A program made the position numbers and the translations under genes. A stretch of 64,000 bases of DNA. Origin: Malacoraja senta. Taxonomy: Eukaryota. The DNA is taken from NCBI GenBank assembly GCA_038087875.1, contig CM075995.1:10108001-10172000 (forward strand), written 5' to 3'. The notes beneath the pieces are model-generated. The model saw nothing but the letters and a program-made list of their open reading frames with translations. It was not told where the DNA came from and did not search any database. Of this stretch, positions 24,972-40,145 are shown one piece after another. The number at the start of each line of letters is the position of its first letter. The first letter of the stretch is position 1.

Positions 24972-27104
24972 AAGTCTAGCTTAAGACCTGATACCCCTGG
25001 TCTATTCTGCTTGACTAAGACATAACCATAAAATGTTATTTTGCTTGCAGATATAATCATCCTATCCAGTCCCTAGCTTATGCAATGACTGGACCCGTTG
25101 CGCTGGACTCAGCACCATGAGCATAACCACTTTGTAAGTGAGTTTGACCAAGGACAGGGATGTAACTGGATCCCACCGGCGAAGCGGCATTAGCACAATG
25201 TTAACATACCATATCTCTGCGTACCTGGGCCTGGAAGGTTTTGAGTTTGAAGATACCCTTCATAATTTAGATATCAGAGGGCGAGACCCGACAGAGTGGA
25301 TTCTGCTCCCCACAGCCAATATGATGAGAAGGCACGTTCGGCACAATAAATGGCACTTTAACTTAATATTTGTCAAAACCCATTTAACCTGAACTTCAAG
25401 ACGTCAGTCATCCGTGCCGAAACATATATAATATTAGCATAAAACAACTACTTCTCCTTATGAGGAAAATACAGCTTCTTTGGTGCTATCCCTGCAATCT
25501 GCAGTGAGCATGTCCATGGTTTGGTTTAACAACCCGAGCCACAGGAACGGTCTTCTCAGATTCTGCAAGTCAATGAATTGATTTTATCATGCAGAGGATG
25601 GTTTCCCCGAGTCATGGCTAAACCAGAAAATCTTTGTGTCTAGAAATAACCATATAAGGTTCTATTCTCATTCCCCACATTAGCAGGAACCATGGCTGTA
25701 AATGCCAGTCAGGCACTACGAAGAAGCCTGAAGCAGGAACTTGCTGAATTTTTTGCAAGACCCGTCTGATGAGGCAAAATGGAGGGAGACATAAAAGAAC
25801 ATTCCTCCCCAGTGTAGCGAGAATGCATCCAGCGCCACTGATATGCCACATATTTTTTGCAACTGATGATTGAGCCTGGATGCAAATATCTGGATCTTTT
25901 AGTGTTCCATCGAGCCACAATGTCATTAAATACTTTGTGATCCAACATCCATGCTGTGTTATCATTGATTTTACATAATGAGGGTAGGTAAACTATCTCC
26001 GGATACTTTAACTTGGTTGCACCCATGTGATTAACATACCCCCACCAAAGTGCATCAACTTGGACTTGAGCATGCAGATCATGCATATCCGCACAAACCT
26101 TTAACCCATAGAATGCACCTGGTGTCTATAGGTAGTTGATACCTCATAACTGAAGAATTGGCAACTCATGCAATCCCATCCGCCTCTGTAACTAGAGATG
26201 GTATTAGTAAATTTCCATCTTTGAGCAATAGCATCAGTTTGTAATTAACGGAAGATTTACTGCTGAAAAGTTAGTGGAGCAATGCTCTACTGTTTGTCCA
26301 CCATGGTGACTTTGAAAGTTTCAGCTGGAATAGCTTAGGTCTGGTAACAATGACCTATGTGGTACTTGAGAGCTTGCTCCTTTGCACGTGTATAAAAGGC
26401 CAAATAGCACAGCTGAAAGCCAATATATTGCCAATTATAATTGATGAATAGAAGGCTGCTTGATAACAACAAGGTTGTTACAGGCTTCAATTAATTCCAA
26501 TCTCTTGCCTCAGGGCGGAGTCCCAGACAAATTAATAGAGTTAAAGGTAAACCCCAATAATCAATAATTTCAGTTGGTATCAACTTAAAAGTAACTGGAT
26601 GGGTGAGAAACCCAATTTCTCAAATATAGTTTGGTGGCTGATACAATTAATTTAGCAAAATACAGCGTTTAGAATGTCATCCCGATAGGCCATGACAATT
26701 GTTTTTTAGCTCTGAGCAGTTGAAGCACTGGTTTTAGTAATTTGGTAAATAACCTGGGAGCTGAAGTTAGCCCATTTTGCAACACTTCTAACTATCATTG
26801 CCCTATCCAACTAAATTTCAAATATCTCTGGTGCCCTGTGAATGGAAACTGATCCCATGGAAGTTAAACAGCCACGAAGTTTCCTATTCAGAAATGTCAA
26901 TACTGCACATGGGAGTTGAACCTGTTGACAATGAACAGGCCACATCTGCCATACTTACGAGCCTGCCTTGAAAGGCAACTCCCTTGCTTGTATGCTGTGC
27001 AGTATAAACTAATCTCATGTTATCATTGTTATCTGTACAAAAAACAAGTGTAAATATTACCAACTTGTATTCGCGACAGGAGGCATCATATGGCTCCATC
27101 TTCA

Positions 27105-27357
27105 TCCTTCTTACCTCCGAATGGGAGGACTTATGCAACCTGAACCAGGAGCTGCCTCAACCAGCTTCATCCTTCCTACATCTGAATGGGAGGACTTATG
27201 CAACCTGAACCAGGAGCTGCCTCAACCAGCTTCATCCTTCCTACATCTGAATGGGAGGACTTATGCAACCTGAACCAGGAGCTGCCTCAACCAGCTTCAT
27301 CCTTCCTACATCCGAATGGGAGGACTTATGCAACCTGACCCAGGAGCTGCCTCAGGC
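27105..27357. repeat. 65-bp tandem repeat, about 4 copies, inside DIRS B
   Basis: ATGGGAGGACTTATGCAACCTG starts at 27121, 27186, 27251 and 27316. Confidence 0.92.
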
Positions 27358-29948
27358 ATGTGTGCATGTATTTTAGCATCATCTCCATCACTACGTTCGA
27401 TCGAGTGAGAGGAATTGCAACCCTGAAACCGGTGTCGCTTCAGGCACATGTCCACTTCTGTAGCACCCTCTACCACTCCGTTCCTTTTCGTGGGAGAAAA
27501 TTTGCAACCCTGAACAAGGAGCTGCTGCCTGACATGCCTTAGGATGGAGCGTTCTTGACTGCGACAAGTCACAATCTTGTCTGACATAGATGCCCAAGAC
27601 TTGGCACTCACTCTGAGTTGGGGTTTGTCAGGTTGCTTCCTTCAGCAGCCGCCAGGACTAGTTGCTCCTTTCCGATGCCAATGCAGTCTACAGGGAAGGA
27701 CTGGAGCGCCTCTAGCCCCCGTATGCCAGACCTAGTGGGAGAAAGCTTGAAAAACCTGCCAGTTATTTGTCATGGGCAAAGATGTTTACATAAACGAAGA
27801 CGCTCACTCAGTTAAATCAAAGATTTGATTACTTTATTGATCTGACTAAACTTGGCGTCTCGGGAAGAATCTTCCACAGTCCCTTTAACGAGCGGAATTA
27901 CCATGACACCATATGTGTTGAACTGAAACAATTAATCAGAGGGTATCAGCATAATGGTGCCTACCCTGTATAGCCATATACTTGAAAGAATACACTATAG
28001 CTGCTAATGCCATTTGTAACGCTCATGAATGGCAGCATGTGCCATGGACATTCCACCGGGGTTGGGGTCAGTCACACACTGACCCATACACGCCTCTCTA
28101 CCGAGAGGGAGATCTGTGAGCAGCCCTGTACACAGGTGCTGCCGTAAACCTCCGTGGACCTTGTGCTGATATGGTCCTGTTTTAGTGGACCATATCAGGC
28201 AGGGTAAGACAGGGTTTAGTGGACCATATCAGGCAGGGTCGGAGGACGTACCGTAGAATGTCGGAGGGGAACCCTCCTGGCCAGGCTCGTCCAGCCCGGG
28301 CCTCTCCAACTTCGTGTGGTTGCCTACCTTTGGGCTGCCCAAGTCGAAGTCGCTGACCCCGAGTCCTGCTCCACCGTGCGAACCTGACGGCCACTGGCTA
28401 TCCGCTCTCCCGTGGTCAGTAGCTTACCCTCCAAGCGGGGTTGCCTGGGTGCTACCGGCACCAGTCTGAAGCCGCCGGCTCCACCGTCAGCGACCCGAAA
28501 AGGCGAATTCAACCGCCGCCCGCTACCCGCGGTCTCCGTAGCGGGTTCCCCGTGGTCCCTGTAGAAGGGATTCCCCGCGAAGTCCATATCGGGATTTCCC
28601 CGTGGTTTTCGCAGCCGGCATCCCCTCTGCGGTCCCTGTAGAAGGGCTTCCCCGCGATGTCTGTGGTCGGGCTTCCCCCGAGCCGGATCCCCGCAGTTTT
28701 CGTAGCCGGGATCCCCCCGTGGTCCCTGTAGAAGGGAGCCGGGTGAAGCCGGGATTTCGACCCCGGAACGTCTCCAGCTGGAACTCTGTAAAGAGCTTCC
28801 TGCAAGGAGAAAACAGACCTGGAAAAAGTTAAAACGTACCTTCAGGTTTGACCGCTAGTGGAGCAGCGCTTCCACCAGCCGTCGTAGCGCAATGCGTTAG
28901 ACGATATGATGCGCATGCGGGCTGGCGGGGTCTTCACATAGTCACTCACGTGACTCCGAAGTAAAATAGAAATCTGCAACAGCTTTGTGGTTAGAATCAG
29001 CCTCTACTCATTAAGACTAATTGGCAATATAATAGCTGTGATTCAGCTGTGCAAGTGAGAGAATTGACATCATGCTAAATGGCAAACTCTAAAGTGCCAT
29101 GTAGGTCATTGTTAATACACTGATGCTATTGCTGCTGCTGCTGACAAATTCATTTCACTTGCACTTTATGTGCAATATTAGGAATAAAACTGTATTATAC
29201 AGTATTGTATTGTATTGTACTAGCTGAAGCTACCTAAGTCTATCAAGTACAAACAGTATGCAGCTTTGTTCCAGCAGTTGGTCAGTAAATATTGGTTATA
29301 TTGCAAAAATAATGCTAATGACCTAACATGGGTTATTGCGAAGGTCATCTCCAGTTTGGATGTGGAGATTTGCATGATTTACCAATTCTTCAATTATTGG
29401 TATCAACTGTTTATAGACCCTACATGCATTCTATGGGTTAAAGAGTGACTGAGCGAATATGCATATTCTGCATGCTTAATTTCAGGTTGATACACTATGA
29501 TGGTGACATATGTTGGTCACACGGGTACAATCAAGTAAAAGTAAAGTGTCCTGTATGGCTTTACTTAATTTCATTTGCCACCGGTGTATCATCAACTACA
29601 GATCATGACTACACAGAATGGGTGGACCACACAGCATTTATGAATTTTGGGTTCAATGGAATATTGATTTGTTGCTCTCATGCTTATTCACAGGTTGCAT
29701 AAAGATGTGGCATTACAGAGACGAAAGATACATTCTCGCTACAAGGAGGAGGATAAGTCTTTTATTTATATCTTCCTCCATTTTGCTTCGTCAGTCGGGT
29801 CTTCAAATAAAGTCATCAAGATCCCGCTTTAGGTTTCCTACTGTCTGATTGGCTTATGCAGCTTAAATTTCGGATTTGTCGGGAATAATAAGACAACCTT
29901 ATAAGAAGCTATGGCTCGGGAAATCAGCCGTTGCATGTTAAAATCAAT

Positions 29949-32900
29949 ACAGATGAGATTAAAGGCGAAGTGGATAGGTCAAATATACTATTCGTCATTT
30001 ACTTCTAAATCTAGAGGTACGGCTATTCTTATTCGAAAAGGTACACCTTTTAAATTAAAGAATACTATATCAGATAAAGAGGGAAGGTATATTATAGTTT
30101 CGGGAGAAATTTATGCAACCCCACTAACTATGATAAATATTTATGCTCCGAATTTTGACAACCCCCAATTTTTAAATAAAATTATAGATATAATATCAGA
30201 GTTTAATTACCAAAATGTAATAATAGGGGGGGACTTCAATTGTGTTTTAGATCCATATTTAGACAAATCAGCAAAACAAAGGAGGAGTAATTTAAAATCT
30301 AAGACTAGTGAACTTCTAAATACATATATAAAAAATACTAATATAACAGATGTATAGAGATCTGCTAATCCAGTTGGAAGGGAATACTCGTTTTATTCAT
30401 CGGTACATACAACTTATTCACGAATTGATTATTTTTTAGTGGATATGAAATTAATGCCATATACAATTAATTCAACATACCACATCAGTAGTATTTCTGA
30501 TCACTCCCCGTTGACATTTTTGGTAAAATTCGAGGGAATGCTGGGTAAAAAATCTTTTTGGAGGTTTAATACACATATTTTAAATGACTTACAAGGTTAT
30601 CAATATTTAAAACAACAAATGAAACTTTTTTTTGAGACAACTGATACACCAGGTATTTCGCCTTCTTTATTATGGGAAACTTTCAAGGCATTTATTAGAG
30701 GAATTATAATTTCATATCAAATTTTTCAAAATAAAAAGAATAAGACAGAACAAATGTTGCTAGAACAAGAAATTAGACAGTTAGAGTTAGATAATGCCAA
30801 AGATTCTACTACAGATAACATAATAAGATAATACTACTGAAATTTAAACTTAATCGAATTTTATCGGCAAGAGTAATAAGATTATTCCAAATTACAAAAC
30901 AGGAACATTTTGAATTTGGTGACAAACCACATAAGCTTTTAGCTCGTCAATTGAAAAAACAAGAAAAGGAAAATACTATAACTAAAATTAAATCAGAGAA
31001 AGGTGAATTACTAATATTACCTAAAGATATTAACAATAGATTTGCTCAATTTTATCAACATTTATATACATCTAAAACTAAAATAGTAGATAGTAAAATT
31101 AAAACAATTTTAGATAACTGTAATCTTCCAAAACTTTATCTTTTGGAACAAGAGGAACTTGGAGTTCAAATTACACTCGAAGAAATAGGTGAAACAATAA
31201 AATCGTTGAAAAATGGTAAGACACCGGGACCAGATGGTTTTAGTAATGAATTTTATAAAAAATTTCATGAGATAACGACTCCTTATTTATTTAATTTATA
31301 TACTCACGCTTTTAAAGAAAATAAACTACCTGAAACATTAGCAGAATCAACTATTACGCTTATTCCAAAAAAAGATAAAGATTTAGACGAGAGCTATATC
31401 ACTTTTAAATACAGACCAGAAAATTTTAGCAAAGACTTTAGCAAGATTAAGTAAATATATTAGTAAATTGATAAATCCTGATCAAACGGGGTTTATACCC
31501 AAAAGATATTCATTTAATAATTTGAGACGCCTGTTTAATTTAATGTACTCACATAAAATGGAGGAAGAAGATATATCAATTGTTTCTCTGGATGCAGAGA
31601 AAGCATTTGATCAGGTAGAGTGGCAGTATTTATATAAAGTGCTGCAAAAATTTAATATGGGAGAGAATTTTATTGCATGGTTAAAATTATTATATGATAA
31701 ACCGATGGCAAGAATATTAACCAATAATATGTTATCTCCAAAATTTCAATTATCGAGGGGCAATAGGCAGGGATGTGCGTTATCACCCCTGCTATTTGCC
31801 CTTATGATAGAGCCCTTGGCTGAAAGTATAAGAATTCATCCGAATATTCAGGGTTACAATACTAGGGACTCAAATAATAAAATTTCATTATATGCAGACG
31901 ATATACTTCTATATATTACAAATTCACAAACGAGCATACCAAATTTATTAAATTTAATAGAGGAATTCGGGTCCTTTTCTGGATATAGAATAAACTGGAA
32001 TAAAAGTGAAATCATGACGTTAAAACCTCAAGAATCTACACACATTGAAGTTCCCCTTTAAAATTGCAACAGAAAAATTTAAATATTTGGGTATTCAAAT
32101 TACTAGAAAATATAAAGCATTATTCAACGCTAATTTTATACCTTTATTAAATAAACTCAATATGTTGATTACATTTTGGAAAACACTTCCTTTATCATTA
32201 ATAGGTGGAGTAAACGCTATAAAAATGATCTTTCTACCACAATTATTATACCTATTTCAGTCTATACCATTATATATACCAAAATGTATATATTTTAAAT
32301 TAGACTCTAAAATTACTAATTTTATTTGGGATTATAGATCACACAGAATTAAAAAAACACACTTATGTAAACCAAAAGATATCGGGGGACTTTCACTCCC
32401 AAATTTTTTGTATTACTATTGGGCAGTGCATATTAAGAATATAATTTACTGGTTGGACAGTTCTACCCAACAGACAGAATGGATAAGAATGGAGAAAGAG
32501 GATTGTTTTCCTTATAATATAGGAACGATCCTCTTCTCCCCGAAAAAACTGAACAACGCAATATATAAGAATAGCCCAATTATACACGATACAATAAGAA
32601 TTTGGAAACAAATAAAATTATCTTTAAAATTAAGAAATATATCATTGTTAATGCCAATAGCGAATTTAAACCATCTCTTATTGATAAAACATATAACCAA
32701 AGGGAAAGACTGGGAATTAAAAGGATTGGTGATATGTATGAAATGGGAAATCTATTATCATTCCAACAATTACAATTAAAATTTAAACTGAAAAATAACC
32801 AATATTTTAAACATCTTCAGATTTGCGATTTCATGAAGAAATACATACAAGTAGGTATGTTACAAAACTTACCTTCAGTCGCGCTGTAATTCTGCCACTG

Positions 32901-34937
32901 GCCGTGTGCGCGATTTTGGTGCCTTTAAGGGGGGGGCGGGGTTAAAACGCGGTTTATCCTCCCTTGTCCTGGAAATATTTTGTTGGAGTACAAAACTTCG
33001 CTGACAAAATCGTTCCTACCGGCGTTTTGTGAATTTTTTTTTTTTATTAAATCGTCAATGTCAGCGCTACAGTCATTTTAAAAGCAGCTCCTGAAGCGTC
33101 AACGCCAATAACGGGGACGGATTTCACACAATGGACAGGTAAACGAAAGTGCTTTCTTTAAATGTATAAAAGTGCTTCTTAAGAAGCCTTTAATTCACAT
33201 TTTGTCATGCGACACGGTGATTTTATTCCCCGAATTAACGGCAGTATTTTTCATGCCAATACGGGGTTAAATTCACCGCAAATCAACGTTCCAAAAGATC
33301 GCGTTCCAGAAATTCTCACTCGCAAGATGAATTAAATCCCCATTAATTTACAGGTATTAAACATTCAATTCCTTCCATTTGGCCTGTAAATTCATGAAAA
33401 TTAGATTTAAAAATTATGTTATATTGTGAATTATTGTGTGAATGTTATTTGGACACTTAGGCTATTTAAAAATGTTAATCTATTCTTAAGAAATTGATAG
33501 ATGTTTAGATCTAGTAATTGAATTTTGTAATTAGCTACAATTAGGTAACTAACTAATTATATGCTTTACTTTCATGTCTTCGAAGTAAGATTGTTTCATA
33601 TTTGTTTCAGAATGCTTCAATCTATAATACCTGAAAATTTCTTTCAGTTACCATAATTTTTAAGAAAGTTATGGGCTTTTAACTGTCCTCGATCACAGCT
33701 TTTGTGTTAAGTCAATGGAAAAGCAATAGGGAACTAGATGCTAATTTCTGAGTATGATAATGGCCATAACTTTTTTAATACTGAAGATATGAAAGTGAAT
33801 TAAGTGTCAAATTAAACTTCTTTTTATGCTTTATCTGATGGGATAAATTGCAGACTTTATTTTTTAAATCTCAAAATTTTGTAACATTGCTAATACAAGG
33901 ATATCAAAAAATAACTTTTGATTTACTGGAAGAAGCAATGAATATTAAGACTGACTCACAAAAATTAATATCATATTTATATAACAGTATTTTAAATATA
34001 GACCTACCATCGACAGAGGTACTCAGAGAAGAGTGGGAACGGGAATTAATGATAAAAATTACGAAGGCTACATGGGAAAAGTATTTGATATATATACACA
34101 AATGTTCGATTAATGCAAGACATAATTTAATTCAATTTAAAATTTTACATAGATTATATTATTCAAAAACTAGATTGAATAAATTGTATCCAAATATATC
34201 CCCCATTTGTGATAAATGTCTATCCCAAAACGCAACTATAACACACTCTTTCGTTTCCTGCATAAAACTTTATAAATTTTGGAGTGATATTTTTGAAATA
34301 TTTACAAAATTATTCAAGATAAGAATGGAACCTAACACTGAAATGATTATATTTGGAGTAATGGAAGATGGGAATAAATTGAACCCATCTCAAAATTTAT
34401 TTTTAAATTATGGTTTAATAATAGCAAAAAAACTAATACTTAAATTTTGGAAAAATACACCAATACCAATGTTTAAAATGTGGATATCAAGCATGTTGGA
34501 CACTGCACATCTTGAGGAAATGCGATTCCTCCTAATAGATAAATCAGACCAATTCTTAACGAGTTGGTCTCCATTTGTCGTCTTTTTGGAATCATATGGT
34601 GCAACACAATTGTAGAAGCTAACTGTTCCAGGACTGGGTGAGGGATGGTCAAGATTATAAATAATGATCTCCTTACTTTTCTTTTTTTATTTTCTACTCT
34701 CTTTTTTCTATTTTCTTTTCTTCTTTCATTCTTTTTTTTTCTTTTTCGCACACTATATATCTCACGTTTTTCTATCCTTTATTATCTACTTTCTTTTTCT
34801 TATTCTTCTTTATCATTATAACAAAAATAAGAAGCTGTACATAATGTATTATGTCAATATATATTAGGCACTTTGGTGCCATATGATTGTACTTACTTCT
34901 AATAAAATAAAAATATTTAAAAAAAATAAAAAAATAA
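29949..34937 (+). mobile_element. L1-clade LINE, 5'-truncated in the endonuclease, disrupted ORF2, inserted in DIRS A
   Basis: NIYAPN, IIGGDFN, SDHSP (APE); DAEKAFD, RQGCALSPLLF, YADD (RT); CDKC..H knuckle; poly(A) tail; TSD AAAATCAAT at 29940-29948 and 34938-34946. Confidence 0.93.
32852..33892. mobile_element. Non-autonomous TIR DNA element inserted in the L1
   Basis: TIRs TAGGTATGTTACAAAA / TTTTGTAACATTGCTA. 7-bp TSD ATACAAG. Removing it restores the L1 frame KYIQGYQ. Confidence 0.85.
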
Positions 34938-36391
34938 AAAATCAATTTATGCTCTGCAGTATCTGAATAGACTGCCCTATGGCAGGTGTTGGCACACTTA
35001 TCCATGTATGGGTTCGCTCCAGAGTGCTGAGATAGCACTAAAAAAGGGAAAAGCAGTACATTTCTTTGCAGGAAATGCAAAGTGTTGTTTATGCTAATGT
35101 TCCATTTAATACGGTACAGATTACTGACGTATTGGAGTTCATTTTTAATGGTCTTTTTGACAATATTGAGTTATAGGGCCATTAACTGTGCCAACGTGCT
35201 TTCCCATCATAATTACTGCAGCAAACGAGACCCACTCTGTCGGGTTCACCCCGGATATCGAGTTTCTAAAGGATATTTTTAACACAAGTTCTCCCAGGAC
35301 AAGTACAATGCAGTATGGGATATTGAAATTGTGTTAACACTATTTCACAAGGGGGTTCCAGTTACATCCTTGGTTTTGGCCAGTTTTCAAAAGGTAGTTA
35401 TCCTACTGGCGCTGGTTTAGCGCAACAGGTTTAGTCGCTACATATTGCGAAGAGACAGGATGAGTACATCTGTAATAAAATATAATATTTTATGTTTATA
35501 ATTACTTAAGCACAGCAGAAGGGGTATCAGGTCAGAATAAGGCATACCCAGGGAACTTTGGCTATGTGAGGGCACACATATGAAACTATGTCAAGGTCAC
35601 CAAGAGCTTTTTCAAGACTTGAACTTGGAATTCTTGTTAGTGCACAAAAAACGTTATAAAATGTATCCGGTCACACGATATCCAGGGATAAAATGGGGTT
35701 GATCTATGCAGGAGTAGATATTGATTCCAGATCTCACTGCACCAGGGCTGCTGCAACATCGGCAGCAAGGGTTATTGACGTTCCGTTGGATCACATCCTA
35801 ACGGCTGCAGCATGGTTTAAAAAAAAAAAAAAAACCCGAAGGGTTTTCCAAACATTTATAATAACCCAATGCCAGACCAAGGTTATTAGTCAACTCTATT
35901 TATGTTTTATGTATCATAGTTCCACCCGGGAGGTGTTATTATTATTATTACTTCATTAACAGCATCAGCATGTTTTAAATAGATGTCATGACTGTATGCA
36001 TTATGAATGTTTTTCCCTCATTCGTCAATGAAGCAGTTGTGGTTGTGTAGACTCGTTTCTCACGGCATAAAATCACAGAGCTTTGAAATCTTCACGTAGT
36101 CACTCACGTGACTCCGAAGTAAAATAGTAAGATTAAACGAGAACTTACCAGTTTGAAGTTTGATCTTTACTTTATGAGGAGTTACGATGTGAGACTACGT
36201 GCCCTCCGCTCCCAACCCTCATAAAAATCATCTGGTAGTTCTAGTCTTTGCTCATCTTATTATTATGCTTCGGTCATTATTATCTGTGATTTCACACCGC
36301 TGCTTTGAAGATTGACGCGCATGCGCACGAACGGGGTCTTCTTCACGTAGTCCCTCATCGTAACTCCTCATAAAATAAAGATCAAACATCA

Positions 36392-37080
<689 letters not shown>

Positions 37081-37209
37081 CTGAGTACTTGTGGACACGG
37101 GAACTACTTGGTATGAGACGGGAATTGGTTAGGATAGACTGCAAATTATATTTAAAGGGTTGACGGTGGATATGCAATGACAAAGATTTAAAGGTCGCAT
37201 GGGTGAACT

Positions 37210-39865
37210 CGAAATATTGTTCATCCCTGTCTGGAGAAAAAGTAAAACAGGGAAGGCAGCTCAACCCTGGCTAACGAGCATGAAAGAAAGCTTGCGGGTA
37301 ACGTAAAAACTGACAGAAAGCTTCTTTAGATATGTGAAGAGGAAAAGATTTGTGAAGACAAATGTAGGTCCCTTATAGTCAAAAATAGGTGAATTTATAA
37401 TGGGAACCAAGGAAATGGCAGACCAATTAAACTAGTACTTTGGTTCTGTCTTCATTAAGGAAGACACAAAGAATCTCCCAGAAATACTAGGGGATCGAGG
37501 ATCTAGTGGGAGAGAAGAACTGAAGCGAATCCACATTAGTCAGGAAATGGTGTTAGGTAAACTGTTGGGCCTAAAGGCAGATAAATCCCCAGGGCCTGAT
37601 GGTCTGCATCCCAGAGTACTCAAGGAGGTGGCCCTAGAAATCATTTTCCGATGTTCTATTGACTCTGGATCAGGTTCTATGGACGGGAGGGTAGCCAATG
37701 TAACCCCACTTTTTAAGGAAGGAGGGAGAGAGAAAATGGGGAATTAGAAACATAGAAAATAGGTGCAGGAGGAGGCCATTCGGCCCTTTGAGCCAGCACC
37801 GCCATTCATTGTGATCATGGCTGATCGTCCCCTATCAATAACCCGTCCCTGCCTTCTCCCCATATCCCTTGACTCCACTAGCCCCTAGAGCTCTATCTAA
37901 CTCTCTCTTAAATCCATCCAGTGATTTGGCCTCCACTGCCCTCTGTGGCAGGGAATTCCATAAATTCACAACTCTCTGGGTGAAAAAGTTTGTTCTCACC
38001 TCAGTCTTAAATTACCTCCCCTTTATTCTAAGACTGTGGCCCCTGGTTCTGGACTCCACAACATTGGGAACATTTTTCCTGCATCTAGTTTGTCCAGTCG
38101 TTTTATAATTTTATATGTTTCTATAAGATCCCCCTCATCCTTCTAAACTTCAGTGAAAACAAGCCTAGCCTTTACAATCTTTCCTCATATGACAGTCCCG
38201 CCATCCCAGGGATCAATCTCGTGAACCTACGCTGCACTGCCTCAATCACAAGGATGTCTTTCTCAAATTAGGAGACCAAAACTGTACACAATACTCCAGA
38301 TGTGGTCTCACCAGAGCCCTACACAACTGCAGAAGAACCTCTTTACTCCTATACTGAAATCCTCTTGTTATGAAGGCCAACATTCCATTAGCTTTCTTCA
38401 CTGCCTGCTGTACCTGCACGGCAACTTTCAGTTTCCGGTGTACAAGGACACCCAGGTCTCGCTGTACCTCCCCCTTACCTAACCTAACCCCATTGAGATA
38501 ATAATCTGCCCTCTTGTTTTTGCCACCAAAGTGGATAACCTCACATTTATCTATATTATACTGCATCTGCCACGCATCTGCCCACTCACTCAACCTGTCC
38601 AGGTCACCCTGCAACATCCTAACATCCTCTTCACAATTCACACTGCCTCCGAGCTTTATTATAGACCAGTTAGCCTTACATCGATAGTGGGGAAGATGCT
38701 TGTCGATTATTAAAGATGTAATAACAGCACATTTGGAAAGCAGTGACAGGATCGGTCAAAGTCAGCATGGATTTATGAAAGGGAAATCATGCTTGATTAA
38801 TCTTCTGGAATTTTTTGAGGATGTAACAAGTAGAATGGATAAGAGAGAGCCAGTGGATGTGGTGTACCTGGACTTTCAAATATCCTTCAACAAGGTCCCA
38901 CGGAAAAGAGATAAGTGTGCAAAACTAGAGCACATGGTGTTGGGGGTAGGGTATTGACATGGATAGAGAACTGGTTGGCAGACAGGAAGCAAAGAGTAGG
39001 AATTAATGGGCAGTGACTAGTGGTGCGCCGCAAGGCTTGGTGCTGGGACCCTAGTTATTTACAATATATATTAATGATTTAGACAAAGGGATTAAATGTA
39101 ACATCTTCAAGTTTGCAGATGACACAAAGCTGGGTGGCAGTGTGAGCTGCGATGAGGATGCTATGAGGCTGTGGGGTGACTTGATTAGGTTGGGTGCGTG
39201 GGCAAATGCTTGGCAGATGCAGTATAATGTGGATAAATGGGAGGTTATCCACTTTGGTGGCAAGAACAAGAAGGCAGATTATTATCTGAATGGTGTCAGA
39301 TTAGGAAAAGGGGAGGTGCAACGAGACCTGGGTGTGCTTGTACATCAGTCACTGAAAGTAAGCATGCAGGTTAGGCAGGCATTGAAGAAAGTATATACTA
39401 TGTTGGCCTTCATAGCGAGAGGATTTGAGTTCAGGAGCAAGGAGGTCCTACTGCAGTTGTACAGTGCCCTGGTGAGACCGCACCTGGAGTATTATGTGCA
39501 GTTTTGGTCTCTTAGTTTGAGGAAGGACAATCTTACTATTGAGGGAGTGCAGCGTAGGTTCACCAGGTTAATTTCCGGGATGGTGGGACTGACTTAGGAT
39601 TGATATAAGGAAAAAAGATTTCACCCAGAGAGTTATGAATCTGTGGAATTCTCTGCCATTGAAGGCAATGGAGGTCAATTCACTGGATGTTTGCAAGAGA
39701 GAGTTAGATTTAGCTCTTCGGGCAAATGGAATTAAGGGATATGGGGAGAAAGCAGGAACGGGGTACTGATTTTGGATGATCAGCCATGATCATATTTAGG
39801 GGCGGAGCTGGCTCGAAGGGCTGAATGGCCCTTCCTGCACCTATTTTCCATGTTTCCAAGTTTCT
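37210..39865 (+). mobile_element. Degenerate CR1 (RT + 3' UTR) with a nested antisense CR1
   Basis: KSPGPDGLHPRVLKEVA, QHGFMKGKSCL and KFADD motifs; the sequence resumes after ~38655. Confidence 0.88.
37745..38650 (-). mobile_element. CR1 3' fragment nested in the previous CR1
   Basis: TAGAAACATAGAAAATAGG tail; near-identical to 7330-8230. Confidence 0.9.
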
Positions 39866-40145
39866 ACATGAGACAGAGGAATACATGTGGACATGGGAAC
39901 TACATGAGACACGGGAATTACATGAAACACGGGAGTACATGTGGACATGGGAGCTGCATGACACATGAGTACATGTGGACATGGGAACTGGATGACACGG
40001 GAGTACATGTGGACATGGGAACGACATGATACTCAGGAGTACATGCAGACACGTGGACTACATGACACATGAGTGCATGTGGACTACATGCGACACAGTA
40101 CATGTGAACACGTAGACTACATGAGACATGGAGAAAGATAACACA
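39865..40145. repeat. Degenerate ~36-bp minisatellite (GAGTACATGTGGACATGGGAACTACATGAGACACGG)
   Basis: Visible tandem units. Confidence 0.8.

Larger units (their letters stand above)
23856..28967 (-). mobile_element. DIRS1-like element B nested antisense in DIRS A
   Basis: Same terminal motifs on the - strand, AAT at both ends, ICR at 24076-24186. YR remnant (HSTRAATTS, AAAGWSNE), MT remnant (PPFCLIRRVLQKI..VVPDW..QPWF), RT remnant (GLTSAPRLFTKLLKPVL..AYRDDIL). Confidence 0.9.

Noticed and set aside
22100..27357. CRISPR-like arrays
   Set aside because: Head-to-tail tandem repeats with no unique spacers, no cas genes, and a eukaryotic context.
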